A stretch of DNA of 64,000 bases from Macrostomum hystrix (GCA_950097015.1 CATNEN010000030.1:2480001-2544000); one strand, 5' to 3'; shown: positions 10,503 through 22,877, counted from the first letter of the stretch. The notes: generated from the letters alone by a model not told the origin. Numbers and translations: made by a program.

Positions 10503-12390
10503 ATGTCATCAGCTAGAGAGTCAGTGCCGCCAGGACCGCCACAGACTGAATCAGACAAAGTGGAGTCTGCTTCCGTGTCGGGTGTTGGCATTACTCTCTA
10601 CGCAACAGTCGGTTGCGCGGCCTGCTCTGAAGCTCAGGGCATCCTGCGTGATCTCGGCTTGAAGCCGGTCATTGTGAGCCTCGACCGATGCCTTCCAGCT
10701 TTCGTGGACGATGTCCTCCGTCTAGCCGAAGGTCGCGCCGTCGCCGCTCCGCTAATCTTCGTTGGCGGATTTTGCGTCGGTGGTGGCGCCGGCTGCCTGA
10801 AGGGAATGACGGTGGACAAACTGCGCGAACTAGCGGCGGCGCATTGTGACAAGCCGGCGCCTCCGCTGCCAAAAACGAGCGACCTCGACAACTCCACCCC
10901 TGCGGACGACGATGAAGAGGCGGGTGGCCCCCTGTCATGCGAGCTGGACGAAGCCGCCGCAGCTTTGGAGGCGATGCGTCTGGACTCCTTGGCCTCCTCT
11001 TCAAGCGTCGTCTTCGGCACGCACTGGCGCCGCCTCTGGCCCTACCGTAGCAGCTTCACCGGCGCCGGCTTCGCCAGCTGGGCGGCGCATCGGCGCGGCT
11101 GGGACTCTGATCGGGCGCGCCGAGTTGGCGCCCTGCTGCTCAGTCGCGGCCTCTGCCGACGCGTCTACGGCGACGGTGTCGACAAAAGTGTAGAAGATGA
11201 GCTTCGATTGGACGATTCGGTGACGCTGTACCGGCCGCTGACAGCCGATTGGTTGGGCTCTGGCGCACTGAATGGCGACGTCATTGATTGGCGCTGCCGA
11301 CCGCCTGACAGCCTGGCCGAGGTTGGCGAACGACTTCGCAGCCTCATGCTTGAGATTCAGGCTCTCTGCATAAGCGAGGACGGACGGAGTGTAAATAATG
11401 ATATGCTTCGGTTCTGTGCATATAAATGTTATTAGCAAGAGAACGACAGGGTCAGTTAGCAGCCCAGTTGCTAGAGCTTTGACCGAGGTCGCTCGAATTT
11501 TCGACATCGCTTACGGGATGCGACGGGCGCATTGAAAGTCGATTTAGTTGCTTTAATCGAAAAGTCGTCAGTAAAGTTGAGAAAATGCTTGCTGAGCAAT
11601 CAATATGCCTATCTATCAAGTCTAATTATATTTCTTGGAGCTGAATATTAAGGTAATTTCTCCATGAATAATCCAGGTGAACTACGGCAAGCTGGCCGAC
11701 TCCAAGCAGTTCGCTGCCTACTGCCGACTTGCTCGCCGACTGCAGCGTGTCAATCCGGAGGCTGGCAGTCGCGATGAGCGCCTGGCCTTCTTTATCAACA
11801 TCTACAACTCGATGGTGCTGCACGCCAAGCTGGTCGTGGGTCCGCCAACGGGACTCTGGAGCCGCTACCGTTTCTTTGCAGGCTCTCGCTACATCATTGG
11901 TGGCCGGCCCTACTCACTGCTGGACATCGAGCACGGCATCCTGCGCGCCAACCGGCGAGGTCCCGGCCTCTTTCGGGCGCCGTTTAGCCGGTCCGATCCG
12001 CGACGTCGGGTTGTGCCGATCGACCGGCCGGAGCCGCTGGTTCACTTCGCCCTGAACTGCGGCGCCAGAGGCTGTCCGCCGATTCGGACCTACCGGCCGA
12101 ACAACCTGAGCAATCAGCTGTTGCTGGCCGGCCGGGCCTACCTGTCCGGAGACGATGCTGTCCAGGTACAGCCGGACGGGCGCGGCCTGGCCCTGTCTGC
12201 TCTGTTTCGCTGGTATGCCAACGATTTCGTTGAAGGTGGCGACCCCGCTGGCGTGGCGGCCTGGGCTGTGGAGCACATGCCAGACGGGGACAAGCGGACG
12301 GAGGCCGAGGCCGTCCTGCGGCTGACCGGCGGAAGGCCGAAAATCTCCTACCTGCCGTACGACTGGGGACACAATCAAGCCGCACCTTGA
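10503..12390 (+). CDS. Glutaredoxin-like + DEP + DUF547 domain protein (~533 aa)
   Basis: Exons 10503-11390 and 11677-12390, phase 0 (EDGRS|VNYGKL). Grx-like YATVGCAAC; DEP-like SSFTGAGFASW...VGALLLSRG; DUF547 motifs RLAFFINIYNSMVLH, IEHGILRAN and EPLVHFALNCGARGCPPIR. Confidence 0.85.
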
Positions 12391-13342
12391 CTCACCGAAA
12401 GTTACCTTTACTTTACAGAGTATTTTATGTTACAATTTTATGTTATTATTTAGCTACTTATAAACATTTCATTGTCTGATCTTAGCCTTGTGAACCTTCT
12501 TATCTACCTTGATTGAAGTAACTGTTTTTCGCACAAGCAAATTGTCAGAAAAGTATTTTTTCTTCTTTCTTTCTATCGTGGACTTCTCAGGCCATACATT
12601 TCAGAAAGAAAGTATTAATAACAAATATAGTATTTAAGCTTTACTTACAGACAAAAAAAGTTCTACTTTCAATGTAGCGAAGGCTACATTAAATGACAAA
12701 GTTTTGCCAAAGCGTTTTTCTCAATTTAGTTTACTATACGAGCTAGATAAGTGATGCAATATAATACTAATGAGCACAATGACAGAGTGGAGGGAAATAT
12801 ATATTTGCAGGTGGCCCCGCTGATCTCTGAGCGCATGCATGTTTGAGTATGTTTGAGCATGTTTGAGTTTAGGATTTCTGCTTCTGAAAGCGTAGAAGTG
12901 CAGAGACTTTATACTTGTAGTACAATTATTGAGTAGAGTTAATACGCCATGAAAATCCAGAACACGGGCAAAAATTTTCCTCTCTGTCTCATAAAAAACT
13001 TCAGGAATCGCTAACTATTAGCATCGTCGAGATATTCAAGGATTATCGTCCGGTGTCTGATGGCTAAAAAACAATTAATATAGGCACAATTTTTCTGCTC
13101 AAAATTTTTTTTCCTGTAATTATATAGCCGTATAATTATTGATGATCATATTGCATTGATTATATTGTTAATTATTTTACTATTAAAACAATATGGATTC
13201 GCCAAAATCCATTTCACGAAAATCGGTCATTTGGTTTGTAGCTATCGTAAAGTAGGCAGTGGGTGTTGGAAATACTCCCCGTGGTTTTTCCCCAGGGAAA
13301 ATAGAGTGTTCTTTCAACTGTTAAAGGGAACTGGTCCGAGCA

Positions 13343-16300
13343 TCACGGTTGATTCCCGGCGCCGCTGCAGTGCCGCCTGACGGCGCCACGCACAAGCAGC
13401 CGCTTATAGGCCTCCCAATTCACCCGCTCCTGCAGCCTGGTCTGTAGCTGGCTGCGGCTGGGATAATGGGTCACGTGATTTCTTAGCCGGTCCAGCAGCT
13501 GCCTAGGCGAATGCTCCAGGAAGAAGGCCTTGTCTAGCAGGAGGCACTCGGCCCCGTTGCTAACCACGCACAGGCTTGGCTGGTCCGGTTTGAACAGGTC
13601 CTGCAGGCCGAACACGCCGCCGCGGGTCAGAGTTTGGATGTGCACGAACTCTGGCTGGCCCGTCAGCTCCTGAGCGGAGACAGTTGAAGCATTTTGAGGA
13701 TAAAACGGAAACTTTCTAGAATTTTTGGCCTAATAAAAATCTGACCGCATCTCACCACTTGTCCGGCATCCAGATCGTCATAGAAAGTCTTTCGCCCCAT
13801 CTTGATTCCCGTGTCGTTGGCAGGCCTGCTGTCTGCATTTGCTGCACCGGAATCAGTTTCTAAATTGTTCAGAAGATTTAAGTCTGGGATTAAACGAACT
13901 TCGGACGTTTGAAACTTGCGGTTTTCGGTAGCGTGTGTACATCAGTGGTGGGGTTGAGGGATTCCCTGCGTGTGTACATCAGTGGTGGGGTTGAGGGATT
14001 CCCTGCGTGTGTACATCAGTGGTGGGGTTGAGGGATTCCCTGCGTATGTACATCAGGGGTGGGGTTGAGGGATCTATGCGTGTGTACATCAGTGGTGGGG
14101 TTGAGGGATTCGCTGGCAATGAGGGTGTAATGTACATCGGTGGTGGGGTTGAGGGATTCGCTGGCAATGAGGGTGTAATGTACATCGGTGGTGGGGTTGA
14201 GTTATTTTTTAAACGACAATTTCGCATAAGGAAAAGGAATCAAGACTTACTTGAGTTGTCTGGCAATAATTTAGCCTGAAATGAAGAACAAGAAAACCAA
14301 TTCAGAAGATGTGAACCGAACAAGCTCCTCATAGAGGGGACTAAACTGGATTGTCTTTTTCTATAAATTGAGCAGCCTTAAGCCCTTTTAACTACCAGTT
14401 GCCCTTTACGCGAACCCTGGTAAAGGTCGCACCGTTGCCAGCAAACTCGTGGACAGCTCCGCTGCTTGTTTCCTTCGACCGCCAGGTGGCTGTGACGTCA
14501 TCGGACGCTGCGGCAGGATTGGTGCGTCTGCCGATGCCATCTCTGAGGCTGTCGAGAGTCGGCGCCGAGGATAAGGCGGAGCGTTGGCGCCTATGCCAGC
14601 TGGCGAGTACACACCGGAAGTGTCGTAGAACGCGTCCAGCCCATTGGAGGGCCAGCTGCTGTCCGTGCTGTCAACGGAATCATCATCGCCGGCTTTGTAT
14701 GCGGTTTTGGCGCGACCGTCCTGACTGAGGACGGATTTTTTACCAGACACCGACGAAGAGAGCAACTGCGTCTGCAGGACGCCGGACTCGCCAGTCACCA
14801 GCGGATTCACCCGGTTCAGGACTAGCAAAACCCGAGCGCTGCCCTGGCGGTATCGGAATGCATTTCGTTAGATAAGGTGGCAGAGTTGCGGCTCAGTTGC
14901 GGAGCGGTAGTGGTAGCGTGTAACACTCTCGGACTAAAAGCTCTATCACCGTCTTGACTTGACTTACTTCAATCGCCAGGTCAATGATTGGGCTACTAAC
15001 CTTCACCTAACCCGGTGGAAGAACACCGCGAACTGCCGACAATCCTGAGCGGCAGTTCCGATCCCCTCTACCCGGCTCCGGAAAGTACTCCTAAATCAAA
15101 CTCGGAAGGACATCCGGAAGGATAGCTGCAACGCCAGGCACTGCAAACTCCGGAACGAAACCTGCGTTTGCCAATGCCCTTTCTTAAATAGGGAGAGACT
15201 CAACCACCTCGCAACGAATCCATCAATGGACGATGCTTGCAGATCCGAGAACAGTCCTCACGGCTCGTCCGGTTCATCAGGGCTACCAAACGTGCCTCTT
15301 TCTTTCCCAATGAGGAACACGCCACAGGAAGGACCGGCGGCGTGTTATAAGAAATCACTGCCTGATAATTAGAAAGTCAGAGCAGATGCACACACCTGTG
15401 TGAGTGTATGCCTGCGTTCCTTTTAGACCCGTTAGCAATACCCATGCCTTTGTGCGCTCTGGGGTCAGCGGAATGAGCAGAATCGCCATCTCGCTGGCTG
15501 CGGGTCAACTGTCGCCACATTGATACAATGATACCATTACTATCAACAGTTTCAGCATTTCTTCAATGTTATTCAGTTGTTAAACCTTCTGGAATAAAGG
15601 TTGGCCTATTAATAGTTTCTCTTAGATCAGGTGGATAATTAAAAATGCTTACAGATTTGATAATGTAGATCCACTTTGATTTTCGACTATTTTTTATCAT
15701 CACTGTTGACCGTCTGAAAATTTTGTTTAAAATGCGTATTTTATAGTAACTTATATCAAAAGTACGTAATTGAGCACAAGGACAAGTCGAATTAGCCTAC
15801 TTAAAGTAGCAAAATAAGAATTTATCGTGTTGTAATCGCAAATGCTCCTTTGGCCACCCTTGTAGGAAGTCCAGGCTCCTAAATTTGTTGGCAAACACAA
15901 TGTATTATCAGTAAGTTTTCCATAAATTTTCTAAATTTGAATTTTTTCGACTCACTCGATAAACTGATGGTGATCCGGGTCTGTGAGAGTTTTCTCACCA
16001 CCTTGCATGAAGGTTGCCTCATAGGCCTGCAATCGGCAGTGATGGACGCCTTTATTAGGTTTACTTTTGCTTATTATTGCTTTCGTTTACTGGCTGGCTT
16101 CATGAGTTCAGGATGGGTAGCTTCAGGATTGGTAGCTTCAGGATCGGTAGCTTCAGGATCGGTAGCTTCAGGATTGGTAGCTTCAGGATTGGTAGCTTCA
16201 GGATTGGTAGCTTCAGGATTGGTAGCTTCAGGATCGGTAGCCTCAGGATTGGTAGCTTCAGGATTGGTAGCTTCAGGATGGGTAGCTTCAGGATGGGTAG

Positions 16301-19300
16301 CTTCAGGATGGATAGCTTCAGGATTGGTAGCTTCAGGATTGGTAGCTTCAGGATTGGTAGCTTTAGGATTGGTAGCTTCAGGATTGGTAGCTTCAGGATC
16401 GGTAGCTTCAGGATCGGTAGCTTCAGGATTGGTAGCTTCAGGATTGGTAGCTTCAGGATTGGTAGCTTCAGGATTGGTAGCTTCAGGATTGGTAGCTTCA
16501 GGATCGGTAGCCTCAGGATTGGTAGCTTCAGGATTGGTAGCTTCAGGATGGGTAGCTTCAGGATGGGTAGCTTCAGGATGGATAGCTTCAGGATTGGTAG
16601 CTTCAGGATTGGTAGCTTCAGGATTGGTAGCTTCAGGATTGGTAGCTTCAGGATTGGTAGCTTCAGGATCGGTAGCTTCAGGATCGGTAGCTTCAGGATT
16701 GGTAGCTTCAGGATTGGTAGCTTCAGGATTGGTAGCTTCAGGATTGGTAGCTTCAGGATTGGTAACTTCAGGATTGGTAGCTTCAGGATTGGTAGCTTCA
16801 GGATCGGTAGCTTCAGGATTAGTAGCTTCACGATGGGTAGCTTCAGGATTGGTAGCTTCAGGATTGGTAGCTTCAGGATCGGTAGCTTCAGGATGGGTAG
16901 CTTCAGGATTGGTAGCTTCAGGATTGGTAGCTTCAGGATGGGTAGCTTTAGGATAAGTAGCTTGAGAATGGGTAGCTTCAGGATTGGTAGCTGGATAATT
17001 CAGGATTGGTAGCTTCAGGATGGGTAGCTTTAGGATAAGTACCTTGAGAATGGGTAGCTTCAGGATTGGTAGCTGGATAATTCAGGAAGTGTGACTTCAG
17101 GAGGAGTGGCTTCAGGATGAGAGGCTTCAGGGAGTGTGACTTTAGGAGGAGTAGCTTCAGGAAGTGTGGCTTCAGGATGGGTAGCTTCAGGATGGATAGC
17201 TTCAGGATGGATAGCTTCAGGAGGAGTGGCTTCAGGATGTGAGGCTTAAGGAAGTGTGACCTCAGGAGTGACTTCATGATGAGAGGCTTCAGGAAGTGTG
17301 GCTTCAGGATGGGTAGCCACGGGATTGGTAGCTTCAGGATGAGAGGCTTCAGGAAGTGTGGCTTCAGGATGGGTAGCCTCAGGATTGGTAGCTTCAGGAA
17401 GTGTGGCTTCAGGAAGTGTGGCTTCAGGAAGTGTGGCTTCAGGAAGTGTGGCTTCAGGAAGTGTGGCTTCAGGAAGTGTGGCTTCAGGAAGTGTGGCTTC
17501 AGGACGGGTAGCCTCAGGATTGGTAGCTTCAGGATGAGGGGCTTCAGGAAGTGTGGCTTCAGGAAGTGTGGCTTCAGGACGGGTAGCCTCAGGATTGGTA
17601 GCTTCAGGATGAGGGGCTTCAGGAAGTGTGGCTTCAGGAAGTGTGGCTTCAGGAAGTGTGGCAATAGGACTGGTCCCAACAACCGAAGCAGCCCTTCCCG
17701 GCGCTCACATCGATGCCGATGGACAGCAGGTCGCAGTCGGTGCGGCTGATAACGGTGCTCTGCCGCCGGCTGCGATTCATGATGGCCAACTCACCGAAGC
17801 TGTCGCCGCGGTTCAGTTCAACAACTGTGTGAGCTGTGTCCGCTGTAGGATCTAGTACCGCTACAATCACTGCGTTCAGCACGGCAGTAGTGGGTTGTGG
17901 GGATTAATATACACATATGATTGGGAAGACTGCAAAAGGGAAACAACTTCTTGATACAGGAAGAAGAGGCCGGTAACTAATGTCGTTCTATTATCAAGGC
18001 CTGAATAATGCTCAAGCTAGCTATCTATGCTCTGCTTTAGGCGGGCACACGGCAGCCAAACATGTCAAGTTGCTCCTTCAGTTTAGAATTAGTCCGATGC
18101 GTGCTGGGAGAATCTGATTCTTACCTACACGAATTTCAAAAGCTGTCCGACAATAGATTGTCACAGAGTAATAGCACAATGGAACGAACGGGTTTTTTTC
18201 TGATATTAAACAGAAAAGGTTGCAATGCCGACATGATTACAACAAGCCACGTTGAAGACAGATTGGCGTTTCCCATCCTCAGATGTCCCATCCTAAAGTG
18301 TCTTTATCTAAACCTGGATGAATTTTCCCGATTCGGGGCACTCGGAGCTGCACAAAATCGCCTCACCTGTCCCGTACAAAATGAAGTAGAAAGCCTGCGC
18401 AGGATCCGCCTGACGGACAACAATTCGACCAGGATTAAAGCTAAAAATACAAACCATGCTACTTAGAATCTGGTATAGTAGTAAGGCGGGATTAGTTAAG
18501 GAGCACCTTTCTAGCATGCCATGACGAGCTAGATTCTTCTGCATCCTCACCGGGTAGTCAGCAATCTGTTGAATGCTGCGCAGCGCAATCACCGTCTGGT
18601 TGAATGTGAGAAAGAAATGTTAAATCTCATTGATCTTGCCAGCTCAATCTCATTGATCTTGCCAGCTAAATCCTCATTGATCTTGCCAGCTAAATCCTCA
18701 TTGATCTTGCCAGCTAAATCCTCATTGATCATGCCAGCTAAATCTCATTGATCATGCCAGCTAAATCTCATTGATCATGCCAGCTAAATCTCATTGATAA
18801 TGCCAGCTAAATCTCATTGATCTTGCCAGCTAAATCTCATTGATCTTGCCAGCTAAATCTCATTGATCATGCCAGCTAAATCTCATTGATCTTGCCAGCT
18901 AAATCTCATTGATCTTGCCAGCTAAATCTCATTGATCTTGCCAGCTAAATCCTCATTGATCTTGCCAGCTCAATCTCATTGATCTTGCCAGCTAAATCTC
19001 ATTGATCTTGCCAGCTCAATCTCATTGATCTTGCCAGCTCAATCTCATTGATCTTGCCAGCTCAATCTCATTGATCTTGCCAGCTAAATCTCATTGATCT
19101 TGCCAGCTCAATCTCATTGATCTTGCCAGCTCAATCTCATTGATCTTAATTCCTTTGTGCTTCAGTTCACCCAGCTGCAACATTGATACCAGCATCAGCT
19201 GGGCTACTCCCCAGTCCACGGACAGAACAGCTGTACACAGCCTTCGGAAGCGCCAGTGAGATAGGATGGATCATGGCAACCAGACACGAATGGCTCACAT

Positions 19301-21001
19301 AGTTGACCTCAGCCTCGGTCCTGTCGTCCCATCGCTTTCGCAGTATTCGCCTGGCCTCGGCTGGCAGCCGCATCTGCCGGTTGGCTCTAAACTCGCACCT
19401 GTCAAACAATGCGACCTGGGCGGCCATCGAGCCGCGGTGACCGGCGCCGCCTCTTGCCTCCTGGACGCCGCCGCTGTTGCCAACGTTGGCAAGCGAAACT
19501 GCCTCCTGCTGCGATTGAAAGGCCGAGCCAAGTCTCTGACTGAAAATAATGTTAAAAATAAATGGTAATAATAAAAGTTTCAGGAGGGCTGCCGGCAATG
19601 GCACATCATTTGGGTGACACTAGACCCGCAGCCAGCGAGGAGGCAATTCTGCCCATTTCGCTGACTCCTGAGCACACACGCACACAGATACTGTACGCAG
19701 GCACACATTCACACAGGTTTGTACATCTGCCCTGACTTTCTCATCGTTAGGCAGTGTACCCTCTCACTGTGCCTACGAGGTTGGCCCTCAAGGGCATAAA
19801 TTGCACGACAGGCACCAAATGAATGTGGCCTCGCCGCGGAATCAAGCTCAGGGACCTTGGCGCGAGAGGCAATCGCGTTAGCCCGCTCTGCCACCGACCC
19901 CTGTCTCTTACTGAAAGTGCCCGGGAGTTTTTTGGCTTAATTAAACAAATTAACATACGAAAATTTCTTATGTGATTGGCAATTCTCACCAGGTCAGGTA
20001 GTGCTTATCGCACAGCTTGTAGGCAGTTACCACTAGTTTGAGAAAGAAGCGAAGGCGAAATCTCAGGTGGGCCTGCGTTAATTGGAGTGACGCGCGAGTT
20101 TAATTGTTCTTGAGGCAATTAGCAAAACGTTTTGCTAGGCGCTGACAGGCCAATTAGTTTTCTGACAGTTAGCAAACGACTACAGCTCTCAGACTGCGGA
20201 ACTTGCCAGATAACAGAATGTACTTTTGTAGGTTGTAATGCGTAGTACGACTTATATTTGGAGAGTACCAGTATGGATTTGGAGAGTACCAGTATGGATT
20301 TGGAGGGTGCCAGTATGGATTTGGAGGGTGCCAGTATGGATTTGGTGGGTGCCAGTATGGATTTGGAGGGTGCCAGTATGGATTTGGTGGGTGCCAGTAT
20401 GGATTTGGAGAGTACCAATATGGATTTGGAGGGTGCCAGTATGGATTTGGAGGGTGCCAGTATGGATTTGGTGGGTGCCAGTATGGATTTGGAGGGTGCC
20501 AGTATGGATTTGGAGGGTGCCAGTATGGATTTGGAGGGTGCCAGTATGGATTTGGTGGGTGCCAGTATGGATTTGGAGGGTGCCAGTATGGATTTGGAGA
20601 GTACCAATATGGATTTGTAGCCACCTTGGATTTCCTGTAAAAATCGGTAAATCAATGGAAAGTCAGGAGCAGAGTAGTAATCTACTCAGAATAAGCAATC
20701 CACTCTCCGGCCTCACAATGCGCCTCTGTCGCCGTTCCAGTTCCTCTTCTGTCAGCTGGCCCTCGTCGATGGCGCCGAAGCCGACGGGAGCGGCGCTCTC
20801 GCGACGACGCGCCATCAGCAGCCGACGCGAGTGCACGCTGGACTGGCGCCGGCGTCTCAGCAGCTCCGACAGGTCCGGGCCAGTCGACGCCTCGTCTTCC
20901 GGCTGCGCCGTTGCGGCCACGGCGAAGGAGCTTCTGGAACGACTGGATCGGCGCTGAGTTGTTGCCGGCCTGGGATCCCGGCGAACGATTTGGCTGTACA
21001 T
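13343..21001 (-). CDS. CNBD2: Cyclic nucleotide-binding domain protein, CNBD2-like (two CNB domains, ~648 aa, 12 exons)
   Basis: Exons 21001-20717, 19535-19299, 18595-18507, 18440-18367, 17869-17709, 16026-15956, 15878-15801, 15713-15653, 14843-14433, 14275-14251, 13883-13756 and 13669-13343. All are GT-AG and total 1947 nt in frame. Motifs GRIVVRQADPAQAFYFILYG, GDSFGELAIMNRSRRQSTV, WIYIIKSGSARV and GGVFGL. The first junction is the least certain. Confidence 0.8.
13932..14201. repeat. 37/48-bp minisatellite in a CNBD2-like intron
   Basis: Units GTGTGTACATCAGTGGTGGGGTTGAGGGATTCCCTGC and a longer variant. Confidence 0.9.
15355..15545 (+). mobile_element. SINE-A 3' half
   Basis: GCCTGATAATTAGAAAGTCAGAGCAGATG...GTCAGCGGAATGAGCAGAATCGCCATCTCGCTGGCTGCGGGTC aligns to the 3' part of SINE-A. 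Confidence 0.7.
16106..17663. repeat. 15-bp minisatellite (GCTTCAGGA core + variable hexamer) in a CNBD2-like intron
   Basis: About 100 units; TTGGTA/TGGGTA/TCGGTA variants on the left and AGTGTG variants on the right. Confidence 0.97.
18622..19147. repeat. 23/24-bp minisatellite (CTAAATCTCATTGATCTTGCCAG) in a CNBD2-like intron
   Basis: Tandem units are visible. Confidence 0.97.
19158..19254 (+). mobile_element. SINE-B internal fragment
   Basis: TGCTTCAGTTCACCCAGCTG...CCAGTCCACGGACAGAACAGCTGTACACAGCCTTC matches the SINE-B copy at 51105-51395. Confidence 0.65.
19546..19902 (-). mobile_element. SINE-A full-length copy with 14-bp TSD (1 mismatch)
   Basis: TSD GTCTCTGACTGAAA (19532-19545) and GTCTCTTACTGAAA (19903-19916); A-box-like GTGGCAGAGCGG and B-box-like GAGCTTGATTCC. 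Confidence 0.85.
20256..20617. repeat. 21-bp minisatellite (GTATGGATTTGGAGGGTGCCA), ~17 units, CNBD2-like intron 1
   Basis: Tandem units are visible; it is the source of the ORFs at 20119-20957. Confidence 0.97.
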
Positions 21002-21897
21002 TTCTCGACAAAGCTCAGCTGTGATTCTGGCTGTCCTTATCGCTATGATTAGAATGTCGCAAAACTTTCTAAAACAGGCCTCTTAAATGTTGACCTACTA
21101 ATATGTGCAGCTATATTCAGTCAGAGAGGACTTGCACCGGCAAGCGGGCGTCGTATTGGCCACCATGGTAATTAAAGAGGCCATGCGGGCGAGAGGGAGC
21201 GCCGGTTGGTACAAATTGGCTATCCGTAGTCGTAAAATACTAAAAGTTAAACAAAATATTTCACTAGGCCGAAAGCCTCAGGGGCTAATCTTGGCACAGA
21301 TAACAGAATATGCGCGGCGTAAAACAGAACGACCAGGTTGACTTTTCAAACAACTTCACCCAGCCGACCCAGAGTTTTCAAGAGGCCCTGAAATCTCTCA
21401 GGTCACAACTCCCCTGCTCAAGCTCTCACCCCGCTGTCTCGCCTTCATAAGCGCAGTAGACCTATAGTGTATTTACAGATTTTCCTCCTGCAAATGAAAA
21501 CTGCGCGCCCCTGTATTTCTACCTGGCCGAGTGAAGGCTGACATTGGTTTAATTAAAAAAAGCGCTGCCAGACAAGCGGCTAGCTACGGCTAGGTAGTTG
21601 TTCCTGCAATACTTCAGTAGTGCTGATGTGTTTGTTAGTCATGAAAGCTAACGCAATGGGAGGTCACAGTTAACTTGGTCATCTGTCCACACAGCAGCAT
21701 TAAGGCTATCAATGAGCTGCAGTCTTATAATTACACAGTTCAATGTAAATATGAATAGCTAACAGAAAAACTAAGTTGATTTCAGAGAAGCCAACCACAG
21801 ACTCCAATGGCTGTGGGGACAAATTCACTTAAATTCACGTTAAATTTTGCCATATTTTCACCGAAAATAAACTTTTACTTTAACGGAACCATACAAA

Positions 21898-22435
21898 CTG
21901 AGGGTTTTGTCAGGTAAGATCGTTATCAGCTGAAGGTATTGTCAGGTAAGATCATTTTCAGTTGAGGGGTTTGCCAGGTGAGATCGTTATCAGCTGAGGG
22001 TATTGTCAGGTGAGATCATTATCAGCTGAGGGGCTTGTCAGGTGAGATCGTTATCAGCTGAGGGGCTTGTCAGGTGAGATCGTTATCAGCTGAGGGGCTT
22101 GTCAGGTGAGATCGTTATCAGCTGAGGGGCTTGTCAGGTGAGATCGTTATCAGCTGAGGGTATTGTCAGGTGAGATCATTATCAGCTGAGGGTATTGTCA
22201 GGTGAGATCATTATCAGCTGAGGGGCTTGTCAGGTGAGATCGTTATCAGCTGAGGGTATTGTCAGGTGAGATCATTATCAGCTGAGGGGCTTGTCAGGTG
22301 AGATCGTTATCAGCAGAGGCGCTTGTCAGGTAAAAGTGTTATCAGCTGAGGGGTCTGTCAGGTGAAATTCTTATCTGCCTAGCGGTTTTTTAGGTGAGAT
22401 ACTTGTTAGCTTAGTATAAGCTTGTCAGGTGAAAG
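21898..22435. repeat. 32-bp minisatellite (TCAGGTGAGATCGTTATCAGCTGAGGGGCTTG)
   Basis: About 15 units with degenerate edges. Confidence 0.95.
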
Positions 22436-22877
22436 TTTGTCGGCTTTTTTCACTTTTTCCCCACCTGATATTCAGACAAGTGTAAAGTGAAAATGCATTA
22501 TAAGCTGAGGAGTTGGTAACATGAGTCTTGACGCAATGACACTGACCTGGTTTGCTTGCTGGCTAACCAGTGTTTGTGTGCACCTCCCGCACTGCCTAAC
22601 TGAGGAAGTGCAATCACTCACAAACGCACTGAATACAACAGGATGTATATTGAACAGCTGGACAATCAAAAGACCACCTTAATTCATAGAACTGAGAGAA
22701 TCGCTACCAGCTCGCAGTCAATAATGCTTAGGCTCATAAAAAATAGAATGTCATAAAATAAAATTTACAACCTACCTTCAACATGAACAGCTGTCGTGGC
22801 ACACATCCTACTATAAGTAGCAAGCAAGAAATGTAACGCAATACGTTAAGAAAATATTTCACTCGAATACGTAAATT

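Noticed and set aside
2433-12385. Antisense and alternate-frame ORFs over coronin, CDC50 and the DUF547 gene (likewise over GNB5 and SLC25A38)
   Set aside because: These are shadow ORFs expected from GC-rich coding sequence.
15255-15285. Hammerhead ribozyme (minus-strand CTGATGA; also CTGACGA in SINE-A)
   Set aside because: There is no stem II followed by GAAA and no closing stems I/III; in SINE-A, CTGAC simply pairs with GTCAG.
16106-17663. CRISPR-like constant repeat with variable spacer
   Set aside because: The spacers are 6 nt, reused and derived from each other; the context is eukaryotic and there are no cas genes.
15937-17749. Long ORFs (339, 311, 243 and 234 aa) of VASGL/GSFRI/LKLPI repeats
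   Set aside because: They are translations of a 15-bp intronic minisatellite, open in several frames on both strands, and they overlap real CNBD2-like exons in antisense.
20119-20957. ORFs PSKSILA / PPNPYWH / WIWRVPV / MDLEGAS
   Set aside because: They come from a 21-bp array in intron 1 that is open in four frames.
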